Shown: one piece after another, positions 19,170 to 30,382 of the stretch
Numbering within the stretch: the first letter of the stretch is position 1
Layout: every line of letters begins with the position of its first letter
IMG/VR virus record: IMGVR_UViG_3300028569_000022
Span: 1-64,000 of that record
Length of the DNA: 64,000 nucleotides
DNA from: a virus
Strand: one strand, 5' to 3'
Position numbers and translations under genes: made by a program
The notes under the pieces: model-generated
What the model saw: only the letters and a program-made list of their open reading frames with translations
Told to the model about the DNA's origin: nothing
Database searches by the model: none

Positions 19170-21013
19170 TGCAAAACGAAAATTACCCTTCATTTCCAAT
19201 CGCTCCAAATACATATGCTGCATTTGACGCAATATCGTTAAGAAATTTAATAATAGAAAGACTTAATGCTCAAGGCACTTTTACTGATCAAAATTATATT
19301 GGATCTAATTTGGCGTCAATAATAGATATTGTCGCATATGCATTCAATACTCTTTTGTTTTATCTTAATAGAACAAGCTCAGAAGCAACGTTTACTGAGG
19401 CACAAGTATATGAAAATATTAATAGAATAGTAAAATTACTTGACTATAAACCTGTAGGATACCAAACATCCACTCTCGCCTTTCAAGTATCTGCTGATAA
19501 TAGAAATAATACTTTTGAAGTAGCAAATCAATATTATACTATTCCACGATACTCCTATCTAATTGTATCCGGGGTTCCGTTTTCGTTCAATGAAGATATT
19601 ACGTTCACTGTGAACGAAAGTAATAGAATAGTAGAATTAATGCAGGTATCAAACAGAAAATTGCTGTTTCAAGGATCGTTTCGAGAAAGCCCTATACATA
19701 ATGCAGCTGGGAATCCAAATGAAATAGTAACAATTAATGTAGTAAATTCGCTAATAGATCATTTTAACATACATGTGTATGTATATGAACAAGATCAATC
19801 AAAATGGGTGCAATACAACGAATCTCATAGCATGTATATGGAGCAGCCAAATTCAAAATCTTTCGAAAAAAGATTAAATTCGAACTTACAGTATGAAATA
19901 CTGTTTGGGGACGATGTCAATGGTCGAAAATTACAACAAGGAGAAAAAGTTGTAGTGTATTTCTTGCAAAGCTCTGGAGAAAAGGGAGTAGTAGGACCAG
20001 GAAGTTTAAGCGGACCAGCGAACACAACAAAATATATTGTACTTAACACAGCTTTGTTGAGTCAGATAATGAATGACGTTAAGCAAGATCAAACTTCTGT
20101 TTATTTGCAAACCAGAGAATTCAGAAGTTTGAATTTCTCTAATGCTGCTGGCTCTACTATGCCAAAGGATATAGAGTCTGCTGACGAAATCAGAAAACAT
20201 GCACCTGCAGCATTTAGAAGTCAATATAGATTACTAACTCAGCAAGATTTTGAAGTCTTTATACGGACTAATTTTTCGAATTTTATATCTGATGTGAAGG
20301 TGTTTAATAATTGGGAATATACTTCAGACTATTTGAGATATTTTCAAAACTTAAATTTAGATCCGGTAGCATTCCAACAAATTGCATTAAACCAAATCAT
20401 CTATGCGGACGCTTGTAATTTTAATAACATATACATTTGTGCTATACCTGGAATTGGGTTTGCTGCGAGCTTGAAGTATTTATTGCCTGCACAAAAAGAG
20501 GCGATAATTTCTGGAATTCAACCACTAAAGCCTTTAACATCTGAAATAACATTTATTGATCCAATTTACCTGTCCGTTAGATTTGGAACGGAAAATTCAA
20601 CAGGCGACACGGTAGTAGAAGACCGATACTTTACAAAGCTGGAGATAACAAAAACCAGAAGAACAGGTAAGAGTGACCAGAGTATTATCAATGAAGTAGC
20701 ATCAATATTCCAACAGTATTTTATGCCACAACAGCAAAAAATAGGCGGCCAATTTGACTATAGCTCTCTTGTAGCCAAAATATTGGCAGTTGAAGGTGTA
20801 GATAGTATTGCTACTGTTAATATATATACTTTGCAGTCCGTTCCAGGCTTACGAATGTTATTATGGAATTCAACTTATCCTGATTTAGATAAACGAATAA
20901 TAAATCACAACATAACACTCGAACCTTTTCAATTTCTCTTTTATGAAGATCTAAATAAAATCCCCGAATACATCTTCGTCAAGCAGACGGCATATAATGA
21001 TTCTAGTCAATAA
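19169..21013 (+). CDS. Baseplate wedge subunit (T4 gp6-like)
   Basis: FTDQNYIGSNLASIIDIVAY, LLDYKP, YEILFGDDVNGRKL and ESADEIRKHAP...QYRLLTQQDF. Confidence 0.9.
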   Translation: MQNENYPSFPIAPNTYAAFDAISLRNLIIERLNAQGTFTDQNYIGSNLASIIDIVAYAFNTLLFYLNRTSSEATFTEAQVYENINRIVKLLDYKPVGYQTSTLAFQVSADNRNNTFEVANQYYTIPRYSYLIVSGVPFSFNEDITFTVNESNRIVELMQVSNRKLLFQGSFRESPIHNAAGNPNEIVTINVVNSLIDHFNIHVYVYEQDQSKWVQYNESHSMYMEQPNSKSFEKRLNSNLQYEILFGDDVNGRKLQQGEKVVVYFLQSSGEKGVVGPGSLSGPANTTKYIVLNTALLSQIMNDVKQDQTSVYLQTREFRSLNFSNAAGSTMPKDIESADEIRKHAPAAFRSQYRLLTQQDFEVFIRTNFSNFISDVKVFNNWEYTSDYLRYFQNLNLDPVAFQQIALNQIIYADACNFNNIYICAIPGIGFAASLKYLLPAQKEAIISGIQPLKPLTSEITFIDPIYLSVRFGTENSTGDTVVEDRYFTKLEITKTRRTGKSDQSIINEVASIFQQYFMPQQQKIGGQFDYSSLVAKILAVEGVDSIATVNIYTLQSVPGLRMLLWNSTYPDLDKRIINHNITLEPFQFLFYEDLNKIPEYIFVKQTAYNDSSQ

Positions 21014-21019
21014 AACGTC

Positions 21020-24000
21020 ATGGAAACTCTCAAATTTTCTGTATCGCCATTATTAAAAAAAGAAGGAGCGTATAAAGGAAATGTGTATGCTACTCAGTTT
21101 GAGTTTAAGCAACAAAATTTCTTTGAATATACTGAAACTGCGTGGGAATTTGGTGATGGAAATACTGCGTACAACAGCACTACAGCAGCACACATATATA
21201 ATTATCCAGGCATATATCAAGTAAGTTTATCAGCATGGTCAAATAACGGTTATTTACAGACAGCAAAAGAACAAATTGATGTTGATTATATTATAAGAGA
21301 TTCGATGGTTGCAACTAAAATTCCGGCTGATAAAAGTGTAGTTGGGGCTAAGACAAAAGAATGTTTCACTATAGCATTAACTTCAACAAGAATACAAGAG
21401 CCAATAGTAGTAGCTTTGCACTCGTTAGGTTCTGCCTCTATTCCGTACTCTGCTGCTCCTCAGAAGTGGAATTTTTTAACACAGAGGTGGAGATTTGTTG
21501 ATGCAACAACAAATGAAGTCATTTCAGGAAATCTCATTGAAGTAAACACAGCTCCAATATACAGCAATTCAAATCAAATTGCAGTATCTGGAGAATTTTC
21601 ATTTTATTATATCGATGATTCTCCTACACAATTTGATAGTGGAGTGGGATGTCCTGCTATGTTGATTGTCACGCTGAGTGCTCAAAATTTTTTATATCCA
21701 CCAGAAACATTAAGATACCCGTATTACAGTTACAGCAACACAGAATCTGTGCAAGTAGCAATTCCTAGATTTATAATGGATTTAGTTCCTACTGAATTAA
21801 AAATTACAGAAAATTATCTGAGTAATGTGTATCCTATAAAATGGACGACTGTTCCTGTCCCCGTAATGGTGACATGCGTGTTTAATCCTTTAACGTTGCC
21901 TTCATTTGCATCGTCGACTGACGTGCTATCCTCAAGTGATATGTTTAGTTATCCTAAAACTAATATTCACGGAAACGTTAATCCAGTAACGCTGAGTTTA
22001 TCTGGAGTAGATCCTAGCCTTTATGTAGTAGATGAAGCGCCTAATATATTCTTTAATGCAACAGACGATGACGGAGGACTTATAAGAGGGTATATATTCA
22101 CCACAATAACTCCCCTAAGTCCAATCTCAGCAACATGTGTTGTAGCTTCTACTACTGCTGTGAATTTGTTGCCGGATACTGCAAATCCTAAACGTTTTCA
22201 GTTCCCTGTTGGATATAACATTCCAACAGAAGTATACGTCTCACATCCGTTTGAGTGTAACTTGAATAAAATAAACATTGTTCCATATAGTTCTAATTGT
22301 CAAACAGTAGATTATTTTATGGCAAAAAAGGCATTGCGGACCGGGTTTATACAAACGATATCAATTCCCCAATTGTCGTCAAATACTGTCGATAATCTAC
22401 AATTATCAGGAACAGCAGGGGTTTATGGTATGTCTTACAATCCAAATACGGAAACACTGTATGCTGCAGATTCCGATCAAAATACCATATTGAAAATTGA
22501 TAAAAATGGAAAAATTATAACATCAGTTCAGGTATCAGCAACTACTTTAGATTCATATAATACCCCGTCATGTGTTTCAGTAGCTGAAAATGGGGATGTG
22601 TGGGTTTCTTTATATGATAGTCATCAATTATTAAAATATACGGCTGATTTATCAGCTGTAGCTTGTGTTGCAATGCCTTTTAATTCAACTCAACTACTAA
22701 CTGCGGTTGATGAGTTTGATAGTCCGTTGATCGCTCCACCAATCGTAGAAACCACAAATAACGGAGAGGTGTGGGCATGTTATGCAAATCCTCTATCTAG
22801 CTTATTAGTTAAGTATAACTCATCTGGAAATTTATTGCTTAGTTGCACTGAATTGGAGTCAACAAGTGAACCTTCTTGCTTGGCCATAGATAAAGATTAT
22901 AATGTTTGGGTTGCATGTAAAAACACAAACCAAGTTCAACAATATGATTCGAACGGCAATAAAAAACAATCTTTTAGCTTCTTGAGACCTAGCTTTATAT
23001 CGATAGATAATGACAATGATGTGTGGGTTGCACATGGATATAATCTATTGAGTTACCTCAACACAGCAACTCTTCAGGTTAATACTTGGAGAGTAACGTT
23101 CTTTCCAAAGCTTGAAATAACACTAGCGTTTACAAGGCCATACGTATATGATGAGTATCCCGAAGAGGACTTGCGGAATATTTTATCTAATGATGAAATA
23201 TGGGGAGGATTAACAGTTGACGTGTTTAATCGAGTTTGGGTTATAGATTCTGTCAACAATAATATAGGAATGTTTAATAAGTCAACCATAACCAATTTTA
23301 AAGTAATGAAAGCTTATCCAACAGCTTCGACTAACTATATTGTTGAAACTGGGTTAGATTACGTAACTCACGTTAACGTTTCATCTGAATTGCCTCAAGT
23401 TCCTGTTCGTTCCATACAAGCATCTGGAGACTGGTCGGGTAATCGATGGTTGCAAAAATATGCAAATAAATACATAACTACATCTATAAAGGGTGCTTCA
23501 ACACCGTTTGAGGTACTCCCGTTAGTTAACAACGAACAAATATTAACAATGGATATATATGTTAGGGACAGTAAACGAGCTAGCGTAAATTTTACTGGAG
23601 ATCGAGTGGGCTCTATGTTTGGATATAGAGTATTTGATGTTAATATCGGCGATGCTGAAGCATATGATGTGTTTCAAATTGGCAGAGTTGATTTAAACAT
23701 AAAGGAGCACACGTCTCAATTAGATCAATTTGAATATGTAATAACAGGAAAGTCGAAAAGCACAGATGAGAACGTTTCATTGAGTACCGTAACTTACGAC
23801 GAGTTTTTATTTACTAATAGAAGAAAACAACAATTTAAGCTTACTAAGACAAATGGAAATTTCGATTTTGCTGAATACTTTAACAGACTGGCTTTACCTC
23901 AAACTCTTATTGAAAGTCCGTTGCTGATTAGCGAGTTCATAACAGGACTGTTTGGAAATGGTGAAGGAATGACTGAAGACGCAAGTCGGACAATATACGA

Positions 24001-24577
24001 AAAGACAGCAAATTTTGTTGCGAACCATTCGGATATAGAAACAGCTGAAATCGATAAATTAATATCTCTAGCGGAAGCTCTATCAATAGATTCTAAAACA
24101 TTTGGAAGCAACTTTCCAACAGAAGTAATAAAGTATTTGAATGTTTTCTCCACACCAATTCACAATTTAAGAGGAGTTCCTGTATATCAAACTATAGTAG
24201 CTGAAAATTTAGGAGCATATTTAAATATAACTGATACAATAAGTGCTGGAGAATATATTCTAGCAAAGGATAAAGCATATGATGAATACAAGTTGATTTT
24301 TGTAAATGCATTAACTGATGGTACTCTAATATATCCTCTATCGTCACTTAACGCAGACTCTCTTAGAAAGTATCCAAGCGAACAGTATTACACACAATAT
24401 CACTTTTTTAAGTATAACACAGAAAACATTATAGGCTTTCAAAATAACACGATTGAGTGGGATGCTAATTTAACTGCCATTTCTCGTACGTTATCAGGAT
24501 ATGAAGATTGGTATAAAGAAGATGGTGTTGCTGAAATATATTTCAATAATACATTAACGAGAGGGCTCTTCTCATAA
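21020..24577 (+). CDS. Large baseplate-associated protein with PKD domain and beta-propeller
   Basis: PKD motif WEFGDG...HIYNYPGIYQVSL, NHL-like repeats (IDKDYNVWV, VDVFNRVWV); follows gp6. Confidence 0.65.
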   Translation: METLKFSVSPLLKKEGAYKGNVYATQFEFKQQNFFEYTETAWEFGDGNTAYNSTTAAHIYNYPGIYQVSLSAWSNNGYLQTAKEQIDVDYIIRDSMVATKIPADKSVVGAKTKECFTIALTSTRIQEPIVVALHSLGSASIPYSAAPQKWNFLTQRWRFVDATTNEVISGNLIEVNTAPIYSNSNQIAVSGEFSFYYIDDSPTQFDSGVGCPAMLIVTLSAQNFLYPPETLRYPYYSYSNTESVQVAIPRFIMDLVPTELKITENYLSNVYPIKWTTVPVPVMVTCVFNPLTLPSFASSTDVLSSSDMFSYPKTNIHGNVNPVTLSLSGVDPSLYVVDEAPNIFFNATDDDGGLIRGYIFTTITPLSPISATCVVASTTAVNLLPDTANPKRFQFPVGYNIPTEVYVSHPFECNLNKINIVPYSSNCQTVDYFMAKKALRTGFIQTISIPQLSSNTVDNLQLSGTAGVYGMSYNPNTETLYAADSDQNTILKIDKNGKIITSVQVSATTLDSYNTPSCVSVAENGDVWVSLYDSHQLLKYTADLSAVACVAMPFNSTQLLTAVDEFDSPLIAPPIVETTNNGEVWACYANPLSSLLVKYNSSGNLLLSCTELESTSEPSCLAIDKDYNVWVACKNTNQVQQYDSNGNKKQSFSFLRPSFISIDNDNDVWVAHGYNLLSYLNTATLQVNTWRVTFFPKLEITLAFTRPYVYDEYPEEDLRNILSNDEIWGGLTVDVFNRVWVIDSVNNNIGMFNKSTITNFKVMKAYPTASTNYIVETGLDYVTHVNVSSELPQVPVRSIQASGDWSGNRWLQKYANKYITTSIKGASTPFEVLPLVNNEQILTMDIYVRDSKRASVNFTGDRVGSMFGYRVFDVNIGDAEAYDVFQIGRVDLNIKEHTSQLDQFEYVITGKSKSTDENVSLSTVTYDEFLFTNRRKQQFKLTKTNGNFDFAEYFNRLALPQTLIESPLLISEFITGLFGNGEGMTEDASRTIYEKTANFVANHSDIETAEIDKLISLAEALSIDSKTFGSNFPTEVIKYLNVFSTPIHNLRGVPVYQTIVAENLGAYLNITDTISAGEYILAKDKAYDEYKLIFVNALTDGTLIYPLSSLNADSLRKYPSEQYYTQYHFFKYNTENIIGFQNNTIEWDANLTAISRTLSGYEDWYKEDGVAEIYFNNTLTRGLFS

Positions 24578-24652
24578 CAATTAGAGACAAATTTTCACAT
24601 TTGGATTACGGTAATTTAAGTACTAAACTCGAGGGATTAATGATAAATAACA

Positions 24653-27600
24653 ATGACTGTGATTAATCCATTTGAAACAACACTCAATTCTCGTGCACTT
24701 ACTAAAAAGAAACCATCTTTTAATGGAGATAGTGACGCACCACTTCCATTTATTGAGTGGAGAAGGCAGACTCTTGTAGCAACCGAACAAGAAGCAAGTA
24801 ATTTATATAACCAATATCTATCCGAGTGGTTTCAAGCATCTAAAAATAACTCAGTAACTATAGATCAAAAGTTTTTGTTGAGACAGAAGTATTTGTATCT
24901 CTTAGCTCAACTTAAATTATTTTTTACTAACGAAGAGAAGCAAAGTTGGTATTCGAAAATTAATCTTGCTGACGAAAAAGAATTATTGTTATCAATCCCT
25001 TTTTTTGCAAAAAAACTTAAATCGATTGCTCTGTATTATCAAAATTTACGAAAAAAACTCAAAAACGCTAAAATTAAATACAATTTAGCTGGATCATCTG
25101 GAGGAATAGAGAAGGAAATACAGCAATATTTATTAGAATTGTTTGCTTCTATGGAGGAAGATGTTGATCCGGCTCTCAGAAGAGCTCTGCCTTCATATGA
25201 TGCAGTTAAAGATTCATTAAAAGTCGAAATAGAAGAATTATATGACGGAACTACTTATTTTGATCGCTCAACTACAATGCCAGTATCTGCGTACGTTGAC
25301 TTGTTTCATGAATCTACTGCGAAATTATTTCAAACAAAAGGACTAACACTATCATCTGACGAGTGGGTATTTAACACATTTTCGGTTCCTGTTACCTCAA
25401 ATTTAACTACATATGTTAATCAAATCACTGGATTGATTTTCGAACAAACTGATCCAGCTCTTTATTACGGATTTGTAAGTAAATATTTAACAGGAAACAG
25501 AATCGTAACCAACTTTGCAGTTCCTTCAGCTGAAGTGGTTTTCAAAGACATTTCAATAACTAAAGGAGATAATTATTTTTATTATCCGTATGGCTCCGTA
25601 AACGAGGTCACTGACACTTCGATGATGGTTCCTGTAGCTTTAAGCTCGCTTAATTTAGTTGGAACCGCTGGAGATGCATTATCCACTGCTGATATTATTC
25701 ACGTAAGATACGGAGATGTAATTAAATCAGCATGGTTACACGAGAGAATATATGATGCTACAGACTCTCATGTTGCAGCAAAAATTAACGGAAAGACAAG
25801 CACTAAGTTTATGTTTCCATATCCTGGAGTTGGTATGTCAGCAGAAGATATTCCGTGGACGGGAAAAAGTCTTTCTTCTACTTCCGAGTTTAAATACCTA
25901 ACAAGAGAATACAAAAATGCTGTAACCTCAGCATACTGGCTAGATCCTCTTTCAGGAGATTCTTGTATTCCAATTCCAATTAATAATTCAACCTTAACAG
26001 ATTGTGGAGCTTTTCCGAGTGTGTATTCAGACAAAGCGGATACAATATATTTGAGAGAAAGTAATGGGGCGGACCAAGCAGCACCATTCACAAGCTTGAG
26101 TTCCTGTTGGCTATATCGCTTCGAACGGACATCTATTCCGATTCACGTATCATTAACTGATCCTATTTTGTGGCCATATCAATACGTAAGCGCTACAGAA
26201 GACTTATTTCCACCACATCTAAAGACGTTTAATTATGATAAAAGATGTGCTACGACAGTATTAAACGATATAAACAAGTCTAATTTAGTTGCTGGTTCAG
26301 CAATCGATCTTGGTGAGAAGGTATATAAGTTGGGTCGATACACTGACAACAAAACCACAGCAATGGAATGTGCGTGGCTTTCTGGTTCGTCAAACGAATC
26401 AGAAACTCATAAGTGGATCTCACAGGATGGGTTTACTGGATTATTTGAGCCTGGTCAAGCTACTAGATTTTTATGGACCGGTGTAAATAAAACTCCTCTC
26501 AGTGGTGTATTCAAGACGTTAAGTCACTCAGAAGAGTGTCCGTTTACTACTAGTAAAGACCCTGAGCATTTGGGCGGAAACCAATGTACATGTAAACAAG
26601 TATATTATACGCCAAGAGGGCATCCTGGCGAAATATTCAGTGAACACAACTCACAAGCAGACTTTATCGTAAAAGAAATAATCGTAGAAGATTCTGATAA
26701 TACTCGATTTTCATCCGGCATTGAACCGTTTACTGGTAGTACATGGGTAGACGAAAACGGATTAACCATAACTGAAACTAATAAATTTGCGTGGTATAAA
26801 ACAGACAGCGTAATTGGAGGATATGGAGATGGAAAGTGGGTTGGAAATCAAGGTAGAACACCACTTGTTTTAGAGACAGGATCTTCTTATTTTTACGTGA
26901 GAGCGGCCTCTCGGACATCAGCTCTTTCTGCTGAAGATCCGTGTTTGGTTGTAAATTACGATCATTCGTTACCTAAGAAAAATACAAAGTGGATACAAGC
27001 CAAATTAGATATCGAAGGAAATTGGATATCAACAGATGTTGAATCAACCATTTCTATTGATGCTGGAGATTTTGTTATTTGGGAACATCCAGAAGTCACT
27101 ACAAACTATTTATTGTCTACCGTTGAGGTGGAAAATGTGTCTGAAAATACTGGTAACATATGGGCTTCTCTTGACGTCCTTGCATATAATACTCCTCTTA
27201 GTACCGCAATAATTACTTGGCCAGTGGAGGTATATGGGAGTGAACCAGAAGAGACGAAATCCCTTCAATATCCAAAATATTCATTTGTGGATGTCCTTTC
27301 AGTAACATATTGGAAATTTAAAAATACTACAACAAATAAAACTTATACGTTTAGTGCTACTGATATTATGACGTTTGCTCCGCCCACTACAGGAGTATAT
27401 GACATTTCAGTAAGAGCAATGATTGCTCTTAGTGGCGGAGAGAGTGGGTTAGTGGTCAATATTCCAGGTGATGGTGGCACAACAATACCTCCGCTAACTG
27501 TAATTCCTCAGTTTGAGTCTACTAAGGAATTAGTTCCAGTAACGCAACCGGTTCCTGGTGCATTGTTAGAAATACCACTAAGCGGATGGAACTATGAAAC

Positions 27601-29362
27601 AAATAAGTATGACGGAAAATCGTTAGGTGCTGCTCCATACTGGGCTGAAAAACATGTAAGTAAATCTCCATCAACAAACTTTGGTGGATTATTTGATTGG
27701 GGATACTCTACAGAATTTATTGAAAGATATCTTCCGAACGCTACACCTCATATATCTAATTTAACAATAAACTACGGACATGTACTAGAATACAAGTCCT
27801 TAAGTTCATCATTTGTGTGGAATCAACCAATTGAATTTCAAACATTTGTAGGAGTTCCACTCTGGTGTAAAATCCAAAGAAATGAAAATAGTTACTCACC
27901 TTTGTCTGCTACGTACGATATTCTTCAATATAGAGATACTCACGCCAAGCCTACATTGAGTGCTAGTGATATTTTATTGAGTAACTATATAGATGGCAGT
28001 CCACTTGAGGTGTTTTATCAAGCAGCAAACTCTTTTACGTGGACCGTGAAAGTTGATACATTATCAAGTGGGACTGTGAGCAAATATAGTTACACAGCAA
28101 TAGGGACTGATCAATCTCATAACGTATTATCTAATAGAAATTATCCAACAATTGCTGTTATACCAATTGCGGAAGATGTTTACAGTAAAAAAGACGTTGG
28201 TGGATTTTTTGTGCCAAATAATTTAGGAGCTTCTAATTACGTAAACAGAAATTATACAGTAAAATTATCAACTGACATAAAAGACGGCTCTGAATTCTTT
28301 GCTAGCGAATTAAACCCAGCAGGAGGAAGAGGATTGACAAAACAACAACAACAAGTACCATATTATTGGGAAGATGACAATCAATGGCTAAAAGCTCCTT
28401 TTAATTCAGGAGTTTTTGCTGGGTCAGTAAGAAAATCCTTAACTAAGGATCTCCAAACATTTGTTCCGTATCAAGAATCTTTAGGATTATCCGTAAATGG
28501 ATTAGTTACTCCTGAAAGTAGAACTTCTCCGTGGGGAGGAGTTGAAGGCACAGAATGGACAGATACACAAAATTTCCCAAAAACATTCGCTGGTGTTCCT
28601 AATGTGCCAGCATGGACAAAAACACAAATTTTAAAGTATACCCAACAGGAAGTAGATTGTTGGACTTCCGACATTTACAGTAATCAGTATGGGTTGTATA
28701 AGTCCTTATCAGCATCTGTCGTAACAGACAGATCCGAGACCACTGGAGAATTATGGGTAAAAACTAAAGAGGGAAATGTTATTACAGGCACCGCAGCACT
28801 ATCATCGATCTACGAACCGTTTAAAGTCATTAATAGCACCGTTTATAGTCAATTGACTGGAAGTGGAATTTGTGTAGTTGATTGCTTTGGAGATGTTGTA
28901 TTTATACAAACTACTAATGCAGTAATTTTTGCTAAAATATTATTCGATCCTGAAACTCTGTTAATAAATACTACTCTTGATGATACAAGATTTATTATAA
29001 CTTCTCTTAACATCGAAAGTGATGAAAGATTAGATGGATATCAAAAATTAGGACAAACTTGGTACTCCCCAAAGAACAAAACAGTTGATATTGCTGTAGT
29101 TTCAATATACCAAAACCAGCTGTTTCCAGAAATTCATAAAGTTCACTTGTCTCCAATGTCTCTTGACAAGGCGTTCCCTTCAACTGAAGATCAAACAACA
29201 ACTTTAACACAAGAGTTGAGTAGCATTTCTGCTAAAAGTGTAGAGTCTGCCTTGTTAACTTATAATGAACCATTGCGTAAGTATGCAATGACCATAAGTG
29301 GAACTACTACAAACGAAAAGCCGTTCGTAGTTAATCTCATACTACAACATGAAAATAGTTAA
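24653..29362 (+). CDS. Very large virion structural protein (1569 aa), function unknown
   Basis: Long S/T-rich ORF in the baseplate cluster with TAAATA just upstream. Confidence 0.55.
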   Translation: MTVINPFETTLNSRALTKKKPSFNGDSDAPLPFIEWRRQTLVATEQEASNLYNQYLSEWFQASKNNSVTIDQKFLLRQKYLYLLAQLKLFFTNEEKQSWYSKINLADEKELLLSIPFFAKKLKSIALYYQNLRKKLKNAKIKYNLAGSSGGIEKEIQQYLLELFASMEEDVDPALRRALPSYDAVKDSLKVEIEELYDGTTYFDRSTTMPVSAYVDLFHESTAKLFQTKGLTLSSDEWVFNTFSVPVTSNLTTYVNQITGLIFEQTDPALYYGFVSKYLTGNRIVTNFAVPSAEVVFKDISITKGDNYFYYPYGSVNEVTDTSMMVPVALSSLNLVGTAGDALSTADIIHVRYGDVIKSAWLHERIYDATDSHVAAKINGKTSTKFMFPYPGVGMSAEDIPWTGKSLSSTSEFKYLTREYKNAVTSAYWLDPLSGDSCIPIPINNSTLTDCGAFPSVYSDKADTIYLRESNGADQAAPFTSLSSCWLYRFERTSIPIHVSLTDPILWPYQYVSATEDLFPPHLKTFNYDKRCATTVLNDINKSNLVAGSAIDLGEKVYKLGRYTDNKTTAMECAWLSGSSNESETHKWISQDGFTGLFEPGQATRFLWTGVNKTPLSGVFKTLSHSEECPFTTSKDPEHLGGNQCTCKQVYYTPRGHPGEIFSEHNSQADFIVKEIIVEDSDNTRFSSGIEPFTGSTWVDENGLTITETNKFAWYKTDSVIGGYGDGKWVGNQGRTPLVLETGSSYFYVRAASRTSALSAEDPCLVVNYDHSLPKKNTKWIQAKLDIEGNWISTDVESTISIDAGDFVIWEHPEVTTNYLLSTVEVENVSENTGNIWASLDVLAYNTPLSTAIITWPVEVYGSEPEETKSLQYPKYSFVDVLSVTYWKFKNTTTNKTYTFSATDIMTFAPPTTGVYDISVRAMIALSGGESGLVVNIPGDGGTTIPPLTVIPQFESTKELVPVTQPVPGALLEIPLSGWNYETNKYDGKSLGAAPYWAEKHVSKSPSTNFGGLFDWGYSTEFIERYLPNATPHISNLTINYGHVLEYKSLSSSFVWNQPIEFQTFVGVPLWCKIQRNENSYSPLSATYDILQYRDTHAKPTLSASDILLSNYIDGSPLEVFYQAANSFTWTVKVDTLSSGTVSKYSYTAIGTDQSHNVLSNRNYPTIAVIPIAEDVYSKKDVGGFFVPNNLGASNYVNRNYTVKLSTDIKDGSEFFASELNPAGGRGLTKQQQQVPYYWEDDNQWLKAPFNSGVFAGSVRKSLTKDLQTFVPYQESLGLSVNGLVTPESRTSPWGGVEGTEWTDTQNFPKTFAGVPNVPAWTKTQILKYTQQEVDCWTSDIYSNQYGLYKSLSASVVTDRSETTGELWVKTKEGNVITGTAALSSIYEPFKVINSTVYSQLTGSGICVVDCFGDVVFIQTTNAVIFAKILFDPETLLINTTLDDTRFIITSLNIESDERLDGYQKLGQTWYSPKNKTVDIAVVSIYQNQLFPEIHKVHLSPMSLDKAFPSTEDQTTTLTQELSSISAKSVESALLTYNEPLRKYAMTISGTTTNEKPFVVNLILQHENS

Positions 29363-30347
29363 AATTGAAATATTTCAAGAGCAAGTTCTACCAGAACCAC
29401 CTATAGTCGTTTCTCCGTTTAATGTTATTCCTATAACCACAGGCGAACAATTCAGCATCTTCGTTCAAACAATTCCCTTTCCTGTAAACTTTAGATTGTT
29501 AAATTTCCTAAACGAGACTGGTAACAAAGGAAGTGTATGGTCCACATATGATTATGTATCGATCGGTTCTTCTCTTCCGTCTACTACGTTTACTTGGCCT
29601 ACAACGATTAGTTCAATTTCATCACAAAATCCGGTTGCTACATCATCTCAAATTCTATCAGTAGCATGTTGGGAAATTACTAACACTTCTACTAATAAAG
29701 CGTACGTCTATTATAATGTAGATGAACTAACATTTACTCCAACTACTACAGGAATCTATACTGTTTCAGTTAGCGGAATTGATGAAAATAGAGATTTAAT
29801 AACATTTAATCAAATCCCTTCCATTACAGCCGTTCAATTAAGCGACATATCAATAGCACAGAGCATAGGAGAGTTTAATGGCGTATTTAACGAAGAAGGA
29901 TTGTATCAAGTTGCATACGAAGTATACAATGAGTCAGGAGAAAACAGATATTGTTTGACGTTATCAGCAATTCACCCTCCACCATCTCCAACTCCGTCGG
30001 TAACGCCAACATCTACTGTAACTCCAACGCCAACGGTGACTCCGTCGCTTATCCCTTCATCAACTCCAACTCCAACTCCAACTCTAACGGTGACTCCTGG
30101 ATTGTCTCCAACGCCAACATCAACACCAACACCAACGTTAACCCCGACAGTAACTCCAACATTAACTCCGACTCCGACACAAACTCCTCCACCGACAATA
30201 TGGGTGGTTCCTAACGCAACACCTCGGTGGATTTGTGAGACTCCTGTATGTGATCCTGTTGTGGATGGAGACATTATCATAAAGACTACTCCGAGACTAG
30301 AACCCCCTTGCCCCGAACCTGAACCTGATTGTCCTTGTGATAATTAA
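29349..30347 (+). CDS. Virion protein with mucin-like Pro/Thr tract and Cys/Pro-rich tail
   Basis: PTPSVTPTSTVTPTPT... tract at about 29975-30195; overlaps the previous gene. Confidence 0.6.
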   Translation: MKIVKIEIFQEQVLPEPPIVVSPFNVIPITTGEQFSIFVQTIPFPVNFRLLNFLNETGNKGSVWSTYDYVSIGSSLPSTTFTWPTTISSISSQNPVATSSQILSVACWEITNTSTNKAYVYYNVDELTFTPTTTGIYTVSVSGIDENRDLITFNQIPSITAVQLSDISIAQSIGEFNGVFNEEGLYQVAYEVYNESGENRYCLTLSAIHPPPSPTPSVTPTSTVTPTPTVTPSLIPSSTPTPTPTLTVTPGLSPTPTSTPTPTLTPTVTPTLTPTPTQTPPPTIWVVPNATPRWICETPVCDPVVDGDIIIKTTPRLEPPCPEPEPDCPCDN

Positions 30348-30382
30348 CAACAAAGAGAATATGATTATATTAAATTAATATT

